A DNA stretch of 62,092 bases, the filler included, from Choristocarpus tenellus KU-1152 (lineage: Eukaryota; Protista; Phaeophyceae): assembly GCA_964200185.2 (NCBI GenBank). It is 13 parts of 13 records of this genome, joined end to end, with 100 filler letters (N's around TTAATTAATTAA, not from the genome) between each part and the next. Parts side by side here need not be neighbours in the genome. Positions count along the whole stretch, not along the records: positions 9,828 to 17,573 come from CAXNAD020005649.1; positions 17,674 to 21,541 come from CAXNAD020017486.1; positions 21,642 to 24,603 come from CAXNAD020023329.1; 10 more parts are not named here. One strand, written 5' to 3'. A program made the translations under genes and the position numbers. Position 1 is the first letter of the stretch. Every line of letters starts with the position of its first letter. Positions 11,239-22,378 of the stretch are shown piece after piece. Below the pieces are notes generated by a model that saw only the letters and a list, made by a program, of their open reading frames with translations, was not told where the DNA came from and made no database searches.

Positions 11239-14200
11239 TGAATCGTGTGATTCTGTGGCGGCGTGTTCACTCAGGCAAGGGTGGCGAAGAGAATCACCGG
11301 GCAAGACGGACCACCCGAACAAGGACGAACCGCCAACTCATCCAGAAAACTGTTACAACGCGGAAGTCTTGGTAGGACCTCCATGTTATAGCATGCTTCA
11401 GAACTCACCTTCACAGGATGTGTAGCTCTAATCCAACGACCTTAAATTTTCACAGTTTATAGCCACGTGTGGGTGTCAGCCACTCTTCTGTCGATGTTGC
11501 ACTTAGTGCTTAGCTCAAAGCTTGACTTAATGTTTTAATCGAGAAATAAAGAGTGAATCAAGACGTACTTAGGTGGCTGTCAAAGTATTCTTTATTTGCA
11601 TCTTCCACCCGAATTCTACAGATCTCAAGTTGAAAGACATCTGCCACCCATTGTACATATACTCAAATTACAAATCTTTCCTGCAACTTCTAAGAAATAA
11701 GCATATATTCTGTAAGGTCACCTGTTTGCTATAAATCTCGTATACTGCTCGCGCTTGCTAGAACACGAGAAGAAATGCTCGTGCTATTTGTCAGTAACTA
11801 AACTTTTCTATTTGGACATCGAGGCGCCCAAAACTTTCAATCGCGAATATGTTGAGGTTAAAACTAACCCTAACCCTACTTAGAGCGGATAGAACCTAAG
11901 TGTTAAGGGAATAGGGGTCACCTTGAACAATGACAAAACAATACCATAGGTGACCAGGCAGAGCTCCATACATGGGAGGCTTTTCTCCCTGTTTTATGAG
12001 GAAAAAGTTGGTGACTTCACTTGGCAAGATTCTGTAGAGGCAGTTCTTCGACGTCGCAGTGCTATATTTCCACGGGCAGTCTCAGAAATTGCGAAAAGAA
12101 AGTCATTCATGCGGTTTTTTCATGTTGTAGCACAATTACGATTCCTTGATCAAGAAACATACATGATCTTTGTCAGAAGAAAATAACCAGTGACAAAAAG
12201 TGTTCAAGAATATTCCTCCAGCACTTGCTGCTGCGTCTGTTTTAAAATCACCAGAAATTTGAACACACCATGAATGCTGTATAGTGTCACATTCGCTCTG
12301 CCCCTACAGCCCACGCGCATTGTGCAGATTGACCTAATACTCAACACAAAAACATGCGATACAAGGACAGGGGAGGAAAAGTCTCACGATTCACACATTT
12401 ACAAGGACAGTAAGAAGCATTCACAACTGCAATGTATCCACAAAGACCTACCAACACACATTTCCCAAGAAGAATAAACACAGTAAGGAAAAATAGTACG
12501 CATGCTCTTCAAAATTTTGGATCAAGTTCCACTGACTCTTTGCAACCATCTACACGCAACTCTAAGAGGCAGCATTGGAACTCAAGTATGCAGTGTGTAG
12601 TGCATCAAAGCTCTCGATATTCACATGGCATATCCACCACAATCTACAACAAATGAGGTGTCCATGATTCCAACTTTGTAGTATGTGGAAGTGTTGGAAT
12701 GTTGGAATTCACTCGATCTTTGGGATATCCACTAAAGCCTTACACATACGGCTAGCATCAACTAAAGATGCATTTTCCACACTGAATCCATACATTTTGG
12801 AAAGTATGATCCATGGGCAAAAATACTTTCTACTGTTTCTAGCTTATATTGTTCAGCAACGCTATATTTGGGCAAGCATGCCATGCTGGCAATGACTTTG
12901 GCATCTTCTTCCACTAACAAGACTCAGTCACACACAGAAAGAGCAGAAAAGCTTTACCACTTCTCTCTACGTCAGGGTTAAAATTGTGCCATATACTAAG
13001 GTGACCATATACAAACATATCTCCTAAAGCATCCTATGCTACTCTATAGTGGTGAATTCCCAGAGCAAACACCATAGGTTTCAATGCTGACAACCCTATT
13101 GTTTGATGCTCTATGTCCTGCTTTCATTGACCTGATCATAGACGATATGCAACCTCTGATGCCTGAGCAATGTGTGACCTGATTAGGAAGGTTGAAGACA
13201 TCGAATAGAGCAAACATTAATGGGTGAAAAAAAATCATGTTTCAGAATGTTACATTTTCAACAGCAGAATAGCCTAGATACGATATCAACCCAAAGAGAT
13301 CCGTTGGACTCGAACCTATACTCCTCCTCCTTCTTAGGATGCATGTTATTTCTAATAATCTAAATCGTGCGCTCAAAAATGTCATATTGTCCGTAGATGG
13401 TACAAAATCATTGAGATGGGATTATCAGCGTGTTACCCCAATAGTGGTGTGACAACTTCTAATAATGCTCTAGTGGGTGTTAAAAGAACACGAAACGCAC
13501 GAAAATATGCTTAGGGTTAGGGTGTTCTAACCTTAACTCACAAAAACTCAACCTGTACTTGACCTAATCAGTTCCACAAGGCTTCAAAGTCATTCCAAGG
13601 TTCAGTATTGTGGAATAAGATTGAATAAAAACAACACTTAGACCATTTCAGCACCAAATATGTAGCATCGAGTCATCTTGGGATTAGCTCGTAAGTCAAT
13701 CTTCTGGTCCCCAGTCAACCTCACCAGCTCTCATCTTCGCACCACTCATTGCTGAAAACATTCAGGATTCTAAAGAAATGGTTTGGAATAATGCACAGTA
13801 GGCACCTTGACGCCCTCGAGCACACACCTATTTACGTGTCAACCCTGACCGATGAATCAATTTTTCCAATTATCTCACCCCCCAAAAACAATGAATGGTA
13901 AAAATCACCCTCTGAAATATATGAGCAATTTTGATGTCTATTCTTCATCACAGAAAAGAATACAGAACATAAATATAGACCAAAGATAAAAAAAACATGG
14001 TATCACCATGGATACCCACAAGGGCGGCATATGTGACTACACCAAAGAGATATGACTGGAGGTTCACAGTATTGTAGTGAGGTGGAGAAGAGTACCACCA
14101 ACCTAACACAATCATCCCACTCAACCCTACTCCAAAAAAATAAATTACAGTCGCATGGAAGGATACTGGAACACAAGAAAGCTTCTGATTTCACCAACAA

Positions 14201-15565
14201 AGATCATGTCCAAAAACTTTCCTCACCTCAGTATTAGGATGAATAAGTTCTTGACAGAGTCGATTAAGAACAGTCCCTTCCCTGTGTGTGCCTAGAACTG
14301 AGGAGGTGATGGAGGATGGGAAAATGACAATCAGAAAACACTGTTAGGGGATGTTAAGCTGGCCATTTGAACATCAAAGTGGAGTGGGAATTGAGGAGTA
14401 CTTGTCTGCAGAACAGGCCGGTCAGGCCATTGCTAAAAATATCTCCATCAAATCAGATTCTTGAAGTGTCTTTTTATCGAGTTCTACTTTAGAGGGGCAG
14501 ATAGTTCTTGTTCTAAAGCAGGACGCCATCAGGATGGTGTTTTTGATCATTCATGAGCTCTTGCCAAGTATGTTGTAGAAGGTGACCCTAACCTCACGGT
14601 ACACGTTAGATGTGCCCATACTTGTACCTAGTGTGTGTGACCGCATCACCAATGGCTGGATGAAGAAGAAAAGCAGTGACACTATCTGCAACCAAAAAAT
14701 GAAGGGCCAAAACCTGACGTCAGAGGTGAAATTATAGGAAACATGCATGACGATTACATCACACTGTAGGCAGCAATGGATGACTCTCTCATAGTTACTG
14801 TGGATAGAAATATTAATGTAGCTGCTGCTAGATCCCACACTAAGGCCTCTGCATCGAATATCACATCCGTTTTGAAAGTGGGATATATGATAGAAATTGA
14901 AAAATTGTCATCATACACTTCACAGAACAGACCTATAGCACCACATGACAATCACATCTCTGTTTGATGGAAATAATTTTGTGAACCCTAATGTGATAGC
15001 CATCTTCCACAGAAGATATACCCTGAAGGTGACCTATCTTGAACATTATAATATTCATATGACATATGTTCTTGCATGTTGAAGGTAACTTCTACTTGAA
15101 GTAAGATCGGGTGATTTGGAGTGATCTTACCAAAGCCCCCCTCTATCAGTTACCACTTGAACACTCTTTTCCTGAGTGATCTTCTGAGGGATTGCTCTCC
15201 CTCTTTGACTTGTCTCTCTTTTATCTTGCCTCCTGTGGGTCTTCCTGCTCCCCTTCATTACGAAGAACCTGTCGGCTTGTTTCCATCTGTTTCACATATG
15301 ATAATAACTTAAGTATATATTAACACTTCTCACATTTGTGACAACTCTTACTTCTGTAGGGATTTTTCACATATGTGAATAGTTTTCATTAGGTTTTCCT
15401 GTCACATGTGCAGTGACGAATTTTTCACCATACCTATCAACTCACTTACTCATTGATGATAGATGGTTATCACGCACCAAAGAGGTAGAGCCAACAAGTA
15501 GATTATACACAAGTTGCATTTGTTGTCGTCCTGGGGTGTGTGATTGTCCTCGTTCACGGGCGGTC

Positions 15566-15608
15566 ATGGGGACGGCGACTAGCAGGTTGGAATCATCTGA
15601 GAGAGCAG
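15566..15608 (+). CDS. Exon 1 of an LRR protein (MGTATSRLESSERA)
   Basis: ATG at 15566, phase-1 donor CAG|GTAGGT; splices in frame to 15731 over a 122-nt intron containing an ACTAAC branch site and a pyrimidine tract. Confidence 0.7.
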
Positions 15609-15730
15609 GTAGGTTGTTTTCATGGTGTTTCAGGTGATAGGTTGAGAAGAAGAATGGAAAACAGAGTAGAGCAACTAACGAATTTGGTGTCTCGTTTGTC
15701 GCTTGTTGCCTTTCACTTCTCTTCTACGAG

Positions 15731-15901
15731 TCTCGCAACGGGAGATTCTTCTTGAATTATATGCCTCCACGAATGGAAATTCATGGAACAATAATACTGG
15801 GTGGAACTCCAATGCTGATGACCTGTCAACGTGGCACGGGGTTGAAGTCGACGAGGAAGGATACGTGGTCAAGGTTGACTTCCACGGAAACAAACTCCGG
15901 G
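15731..15901 (+). CDS. Exon 2 of an LRR protein: LRR N-terminal cap
   Basis: SQREILLELYASTNGNSWNNNTGWNSNADDLSTWHGVEVDEEGYVVKVDFHGNKLRG is the LY..T.G..W.....W.......W.GV......V..+.L..N.L.G cap typical of stramenopile LRR proteins; 171 nt, phase 1-1, donor GTAAGA. Confidence 0.85.
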
Positions 15902-17739
15902 GTAAGACTTGACTGTCGTGTTTTAAATTCCAAATTGTGTGGCGCATGTCCATTTCAAGGCGGCTTCTTGTATGGTTGGCTTCGTATTCTTGATGTGTGT
16001 ATCAACGGGCGCAATGTTATCGACTCGCTCGTGGAGGTATTGTACTGATGTGAATGATCAAGGAGTTTACACTGAACATTCGTGCATGTGTGTTGACACA
16101 TGGGCCAGTGGCTGTGACGTTAGGATCACATAGTGTTGATCGAGGTTTTTTCCGCATTTGTGGTCGTAAGAAGGAATGTGCTAAGTGTACATGAGGTCGT
16201 ACTTGACTTCTGTCGTTTTTGGAGGTCATGGATGCAGCGTGTGTTAACACTTGTAAGGCAATTCATCAGCTAGACCCCTTCTGTAAGTGAAAGGCAATTG
16301 ATTTGTGCGATGACGCCAGACCTCGTCCTACAAGGTTTAACTTTGAAGATTCTTGTTAGGGGAGATTGAACAAAAGCTATATTGTGAGGTCTGTTGTAGC
16401 GAAGTAGACAAAACTGTACAACCGTGAAGCTGTGTGAGAACTTGCACCTTTTTGTTGTTGCGATGCGTTGCGTGCGTCTTGGCTTTGACATCTACCTTTG
16501 AAAAACGTTCTTAAGGCTTTCATTTATGCCTTAGATTGCAACATTTTGAAGCAGTGACCATGAGTTACCTCTTGCACTTAAGTATTTGTGACCAGAATGT
16601 TTTAGGCAGAACATGTAGCAATACTAAATTGATGGTCCAACTTTCTTCTTTGTGTTTATGTGATGTTAATAAGTAAAATATGTTGGCACATGTACTGTAT
16701 ATCCGATCAAACATATTTCTTGGTAACTTGTAACTTCATGAAATAAATTCTGCCACACTCTCTGAACAAAACCTTTCCTATTTTAACATGTTCTATAGAC
16801 ATAATATATTCCTGAGAGTAGAGTATAATTTTTTGTCTTTGTTAATGCAGTGAATGAGCAAAAACATACCATGCTCTCTGTGGTATAGGCGATTGAGACG
16901 AAATCTTTTAGTGCATCTGCTGGAAGGCGTTGGTCGTCAGCTTATCTCAGGCTCACCGTTTTGATTTTCACATTCAAAGTTTTTTCAAATCTCTTTGAAT
17001 TGATTTGATTATCTCTACTTTATTGCATACCCTGAAATGATTGCAAACAGAATGATTATGTCTGGCACTTGAGAATCTGACCAGCCTTGCATGTTTAGAC
17101 CTCACACTGTAGTGTTCAGTAGCAAAATATGGCATTTTTCTGCACTACTAGTAGTTGTCTCATAGAAAAAAATGGTCTGTAGTTTCTGTATTCTTTGGTC
17201 AGTCACCTGCACGACGTATGTCGAGAAATCACACCTTGTTGGGTGTTGCGAAATATAAGGAGGCCGGTAGTGATTATGAAACAATTCAAGGAACAAGACA
17301 AGTATGCCTGTGATTCTGAGCTGGTAGAGTTGTACGTACATGTAGATTTGCACCGATATCAATTGATACAATTTAGATCGGTTAGGTTGAATAGTAATGT
17401 CATTTTAACTGACTGTAGGGAGATTATCCTATTGTTCTAGTACTCAATAATTTTTGTTCAGTATGTGGTCAAAGGTGCTCTTGGTATGATTCTGGAGAGG
17501 GGGGGGGGCAGGGGGGGGAAAGTAATAAATATGGTTGTTTTAGTACTCAATATTTTTTGTTCAGTATGTGATCNNNNNNNNNNNNNNNNNNNNNNNNNNN
17601 NNNNNNNNNNNNNNNNNTTAATTAATTAANNNNNNNNNNNNNNNNNNNNNNNNNNNNNNNNNNNNNNNNNNNNCTGGTGTAGAACCCCCTCCCCCCCCCA
17701 ACAGATACTTTGAGCGAGAATGTGGTGGAGGAAGGTAGA

Positions 17740-18060
17740 ATTGGATTCACGGATATTGGCAGCATTTGTTGGTACAGTAACTGGAAATCAGTGGTGAAGG
17801 TTGGTCGCACTGGTTGGTCACTGATGAAGTGGGGTTGGCTGTATTGATGGTGACTGGAAATCAGTGGAGAAGATTGATCGCACTGGTTGGTGACTGGATA
17901 TGCGGGTTCAGCCGTATTAGTTGGTTACTGAAAATCGACGGTGAACATTGATCGCACTGGTTGGTCACTGGATACACAAGATTGGCCGCATTGGTTGGTG
18001 ACTGAAAATCAGTGGCGAAGATTGGTCGCACTAGTTGATCACTGGATATGTGGAGTTGGC
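17740..18060 (+). repeat. Degenerate tandem repeat (gattggtcgcactggttggtcactgga-like)
   Basis: The core motif recurs at least six times with alternating spacer types. Confidence 0.7.
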
Positions 18061-18748
18061 GCCTGTAGGTGGTGCCTGAGATGTGGATTTGGCTGCATAG
18101 TTTGTGGGTTAAGAAGGATAGTGTGTGGAGGGAAGCAAGAAGTGTCGTTATTGTTGAGGAGGAGGAGGGTGGATGGAATACGAAGACGAGGCTAATTAAT
18201 GAGTCCAGAATTAATGACCAAAGCAAAATCAATGATGCATACATTGTTATGAATCGTATTATTCTGTGGCGGCGTGACTCACTCAGACAAGGGTGATGAA
18301 GAGAATCACAGGGCAAGACGGACCAGAGGACCATGACGAACCATAACCGAGAGGACGAGGTTAAGGTTGAACAAGTGCAAAGACTACAAGGACTTCCAGG
18401 AAATTGTGGAGTGTAGAATCTCATGAGAGGGGGATATGAGGAAAATCAAGAAGTGACAGCAAAGAGGACATTTCATGTTTGACACCTCTGATTTGAAGAG
18501 TATTCACTACTTGTAGGATTGGTATCTTGAAAAGATTCCATGTCTAAATTATTCCAAAGATATATTTTACAACTGTTAATCTTACAGGGGTGATATCGAA
18601 CTGGCTTTTCCCCTGATATATCTGGAAAATGTCAGAGGGCATAATAATATAATATTCCAATTAACCACTGGAATGGGAGATTCCTGTCAAAAAAACTCAA
18701 TTGGCTTGATGGTATGTTTTATACGGTAATAAAGGTATAATAACATAC

Positions 18749-19817
18749 TCTTTCTGGACTCAACTGGCCGGCTCAACTGATGAAGTAGAGCAAGGGAAGA
18801 AAAGCTCCGTGCTAGCCCTGGCACGGCTCCAGAGCCAATGTGGACAAGGGGCGAATGCATGGGCCTCAACACAACCCCTGGAGCCGGCATGCCAGATCCC
18901 CCCCGTCAAGTTCAAACTCACTGCCAGCAGATCCCTAGGAGGGAGGAGGCCTTATCAAACAGATGCCCAGTAACTGGTTGTGGGAGACAGAATGTAGACA
19001 CCAGACATGCGCGCACCTACCCTAGGGCAGGAGGACAGGTTTGCCAACACATGCCGATGATGAAGCGTCTTGGGCAACTATGCAAAGGAATGGGCATCCC
19101 TTGGACTATGGAGGACGGCAGTCCATTCACTGTAGACAGGAATTTCCGCATGGGTCTGGTATTCCATGCTGATGCACTTGCGGATGCCAGATTAACTCCC
19201 TACAGAGACGAAGGCCTCCTCCTGGACGTTACCTTTGCTGAAGTGCAGGCAGCATCTCACCTGCCACACTCATCCACCAGCAATGGTGTAGCTGCTGCTG
19301 TAGCTGAGGCGCGGAAGCGCACCCACTACGAGGGCTCTTTTGATCCTCGTAGTTACACCTCAGCACCTTCGTAGTGGAAAGTTTTGGACGCCTCGGCAAG
19401 CAAGCGGAATACTTCCTGGATGAGCTAGCTACGCACGCAGTAGGGGAGAGAGAAACTAGAGACTACAGCAGGAAAGGGGCAGTCAAATCCCACCTATGAC
19501 AGTCTCCGTTACAGCGCAGGTGGCCCTGTCTAGACGTGTCATGCGTTTAAAGCTGGAGACACCAGGGCGATGGGCAAGGAGGGGCTTGTTAGACTCTTGT
19601 GATACTTTTCTAGCTCCTCGCCCTGGGGTGCAGGAATAGCTAAGTTGGAGGCACAAGAATGCAGTGGTACACAGTATAGCTGGTAGAAAAATAGTAAATT
19701 GATTAATGTTTTTCACATTTATGACAAATGTTACTTTTAAAGTTTTTTTCTGACATGTGAATTCTTTTCTTTGGTTTTTCTCCTGACACACCTGCAAAGT
19801 GTGAGAGGGCATAATAA
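18749..19817 (+). mobile_element. 5'-truncated CRE-like non-LTR retrotransposon (zinc knuckle plus restriction-like endonuclease), pseudogenised
   Basis: CPVTGC...HART(Y) knuckle, LLLDVTF, AEARKRTHY, then after a frameshift VVESFGRLGKQAEYFLDELA; ends GAGGGCATAATAA; candidate TSD TATAATAACATAC (18736-18748) / TATAATCACAGAC (19818-19830). Confidence 0.85.
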
Positions 19818-20129
19818 TATAATCACAGACAGCCTGCTTTCCACAACATAAATATTATTTTTATTATTATTATGCTCTCTGACATTTTCCAGATTTGTCA
19901 GGGGAAAAACCAATGAAAACTTTTAATATGTTAGAAAAATCCCTAAAAAAGTCACAGTTGTCGTAAAATGTGAAAATAATATATTATTATCATGCCCTCT
20001 GACTTTTTCCAAATGTGTCGGATAAAAATCCAAACTAATATCACAAGGACAGTGTATGTATGAAACTGAGTGACTGTATCGGTATCTGATGTAATCCAAC
20101 ACCGTTTATAGTAAGTTTTGGAGCGCTGA

Positions 20130-20612
20130 TATATATTATTATGCCCTCTGACATTTTGCACATGTGTCACGGAAAAAGCCAAACCATTTTCACAAGGACC
20201 CATGCAAAAGTAGTAGTTGTCGAAAATGTGAAAGGTATATCTCCCCAAACTTTTTACTATTTGAGTACCAGCTATACTACAACACCTAAAGGTCCATAAT
20301 TACAATGTTATGCGTACACTGCTGCTAAGATATGCCTCTAACCTAGCTCAGCCCTACACAACTGGGCTAGGAGCTAGTAAAGCATCCCAAGAATCTGACA
20401 GACCCCTCCTTGTTGTCCATCTGCCTGGTGTCTCCAGCTTAAAATGCACGACACATCTTGAGAGAGCCACTTGTGTAGTGATAGACAGTATCTGTCGTTA
20501 GCGGGATTTGACAGACCCTTTCCTGCTATAACCTTCCGTCCCTCTCCCCCTTGCCGGTGTGTAGCCAACTCACCCAGAAAACTTTGTGCTTGCTTACCGA
20601 GGCGCCCAAAAC
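20130..20612 (-). mobile_element. CRE-like LINE 3' fragment
   Basis: Reverse complement aligns by eye to about 19385-19817, including the tail. Confidence 0.8.
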
Positions 20613-21279
20613 TGATATCAGTATTTGGAAAAACCAGGTCCTATTTTTGATTTTCTACTTTCTAGTAATGTTTCATAGAGTGTTGATAGTCAAAGTCGGT
20701 ATACAAGGAACTGTTAAAACTAGCCTCTATTTTTTAGTAGACCAAGGTTTCTAAGAGGGTCGGGATCACTCTAAATTGACATACATACGTAACTTTTAAT
20801 CATCCCAGTGTTATCCGGCATAACGTTCTTCACATCATTGAAGAGTTTTGCGGAATCGACTTTCAAATTAGCGCCTTAGTATATTCTTGATTTACCCAAG
20901 AAAGAAGAAATTGTCCTATAATCAACCATTGTGAACTGATGGACCAAGTCCACCAAACCTAAGTCCAACAGAGGTTTTCGAAGGGTGTAGTGATGAAGGA
21001 ATCAAGATTAAATGTATTCAATACCTTGTAAAAAAGAAGATTTCCAGTTCGCACATTTTGCACACATGGGTTCTGTAGCATCTTCTCACACCCCTGACAG
21101 AAATGCGACCTGCCCTTCTATGAATTATGGGCAGTGGCATCCACCAACCACATAGCAGGGCCCCCCATTGCCGGTTGCCTCACTTACCACCGGTTCTCCT
21201 TCAATATATTAAGAACGGCCCTGGTTGAGTGATCACCACGGACTATGTGGCACCTCGAATTACTGCTTCCAATTTCTGA

Positions 21280-21459
21280 GGCTCGAAGTATCTGGGGGGG
21301 GGGGTGGCGACTGTCCATCTGGGGTCAATTTTTTCGTATCGCGATTTTGGGGTTGCATACGTCGGATGGATAATAATGTAAATAAACCTTTCCCGATTTT
21401 GGACCAAATTGACACCCTGGTGTAGACTCCCCCCCTCCCCCCCCCAGATACTTTGGGTC
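21280..21459 (+). mobile_element. MITE family B, complete copy (180 bp)
   Basis: TIRs GGCTCGAAGTATCTGGGGG ... CCCCCAGATACTTTGGGTC; TGA on both flanks. Confidence 0.9.
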
Positions 21460-21641
21460 TGACCGAAGTAGAGAAACATTTGATGGTAAGCATTACTGAG
21501 TTGGCAGCATTAACAGCCGATTTCAAAAATTGAGGATGGAGNNNNNNNNNNNNNNNNNNNNNNNNNNNNNNNNNNNNNNNNNNNNTTAATTAATTAANNN
21601 NNNNNNNNNNNNNNNNNNNNNNNNNNNNNNNNNNNNNNNNN

Positions 21642-21752
21642 TGTTGAGGTTATAACTACGAGGATCAAAGGAGCCCTCGTAGTGGGTGCGCTTTCGCGCC
21701 TCAGCTGCAGCAGCAGCTACACCATTCATTGCTGGCGGATGAGTGGGTGAGG
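21642..21752 (-). mobile_element. CRE-like LINE endonuclease fragment
   Basis: NGVAAAAAEARKRTHYEGSFDPRSY is nearly identical to the ORF at 18838-19374. Confidence 0.85.
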
Positions 21753-22288
21753 TGAGAGGTATGTCCGATAAGAATACCTCCAAGAAAATGTATAATTGTG
21801 AACGTACAACTTTACGAAAGAATAACCAATCGTCACAGCAGAAGCAATGCATTCTACAGCAATAACTACGGTCACTTTACTAACTGGTGCGGGGAGGGGG
21901 GACTCTTATGGCACACACAAAGCAGATAGTTGTCGTGTTATCTGATTATAAGAAGAGACCTCCCAGAGCCAGTGGAGCAAAGTCCAACTGTAGGTTTGAG
22001 CTATCACACAGTATCCTAGAGGGGAGTCAATTTAGACTCTTTTTAGAACAAAGGTTATTCAAAATCTTCTGACTGACACACCCATTCCTATGTCCAAAAT
22101 GCTGTTAACCCTCATCAGGAGGCAACGGATGTACAAGAGGAGGCGAACGTTTGCAACACATACACAAAATTGCCATCCAGAGTGCTAGAAACACGTGTAC
22201 CAGAAGGCATTCGGAGGGGCCCTAAGATGATAGTGTAGGGGTGACTTTGTTTGATCACAGAGGTGACGACAAAAAATTGGGTTGGCTA

Positions 22289-22378
22289 CTACCTCTGACC
22301 CAAAATATAAGCTACATTCAGACAAACACAACTACTAATTAAGTAGTAGTCAGGGTTTATATTTTGGGTCAGAAGTAG
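22289..22378. mobile_element. Stowaway-like (Tc1/mariner-type) MITE, 90 bp
   Basis: TA|CTACCTCTGACCCAAAATATAAG ... TTTATATTTTGGGTCAGAAGTAG|TA: 23-bp TIR with 2 mismatches and a TA duplication. Confidence 0.75.

Noticed and set aside
17195-17440. Next LRR exon of the 15566 gene
   Set aside because: No LxxLxLxxNxL pattern between plausible splice sites.
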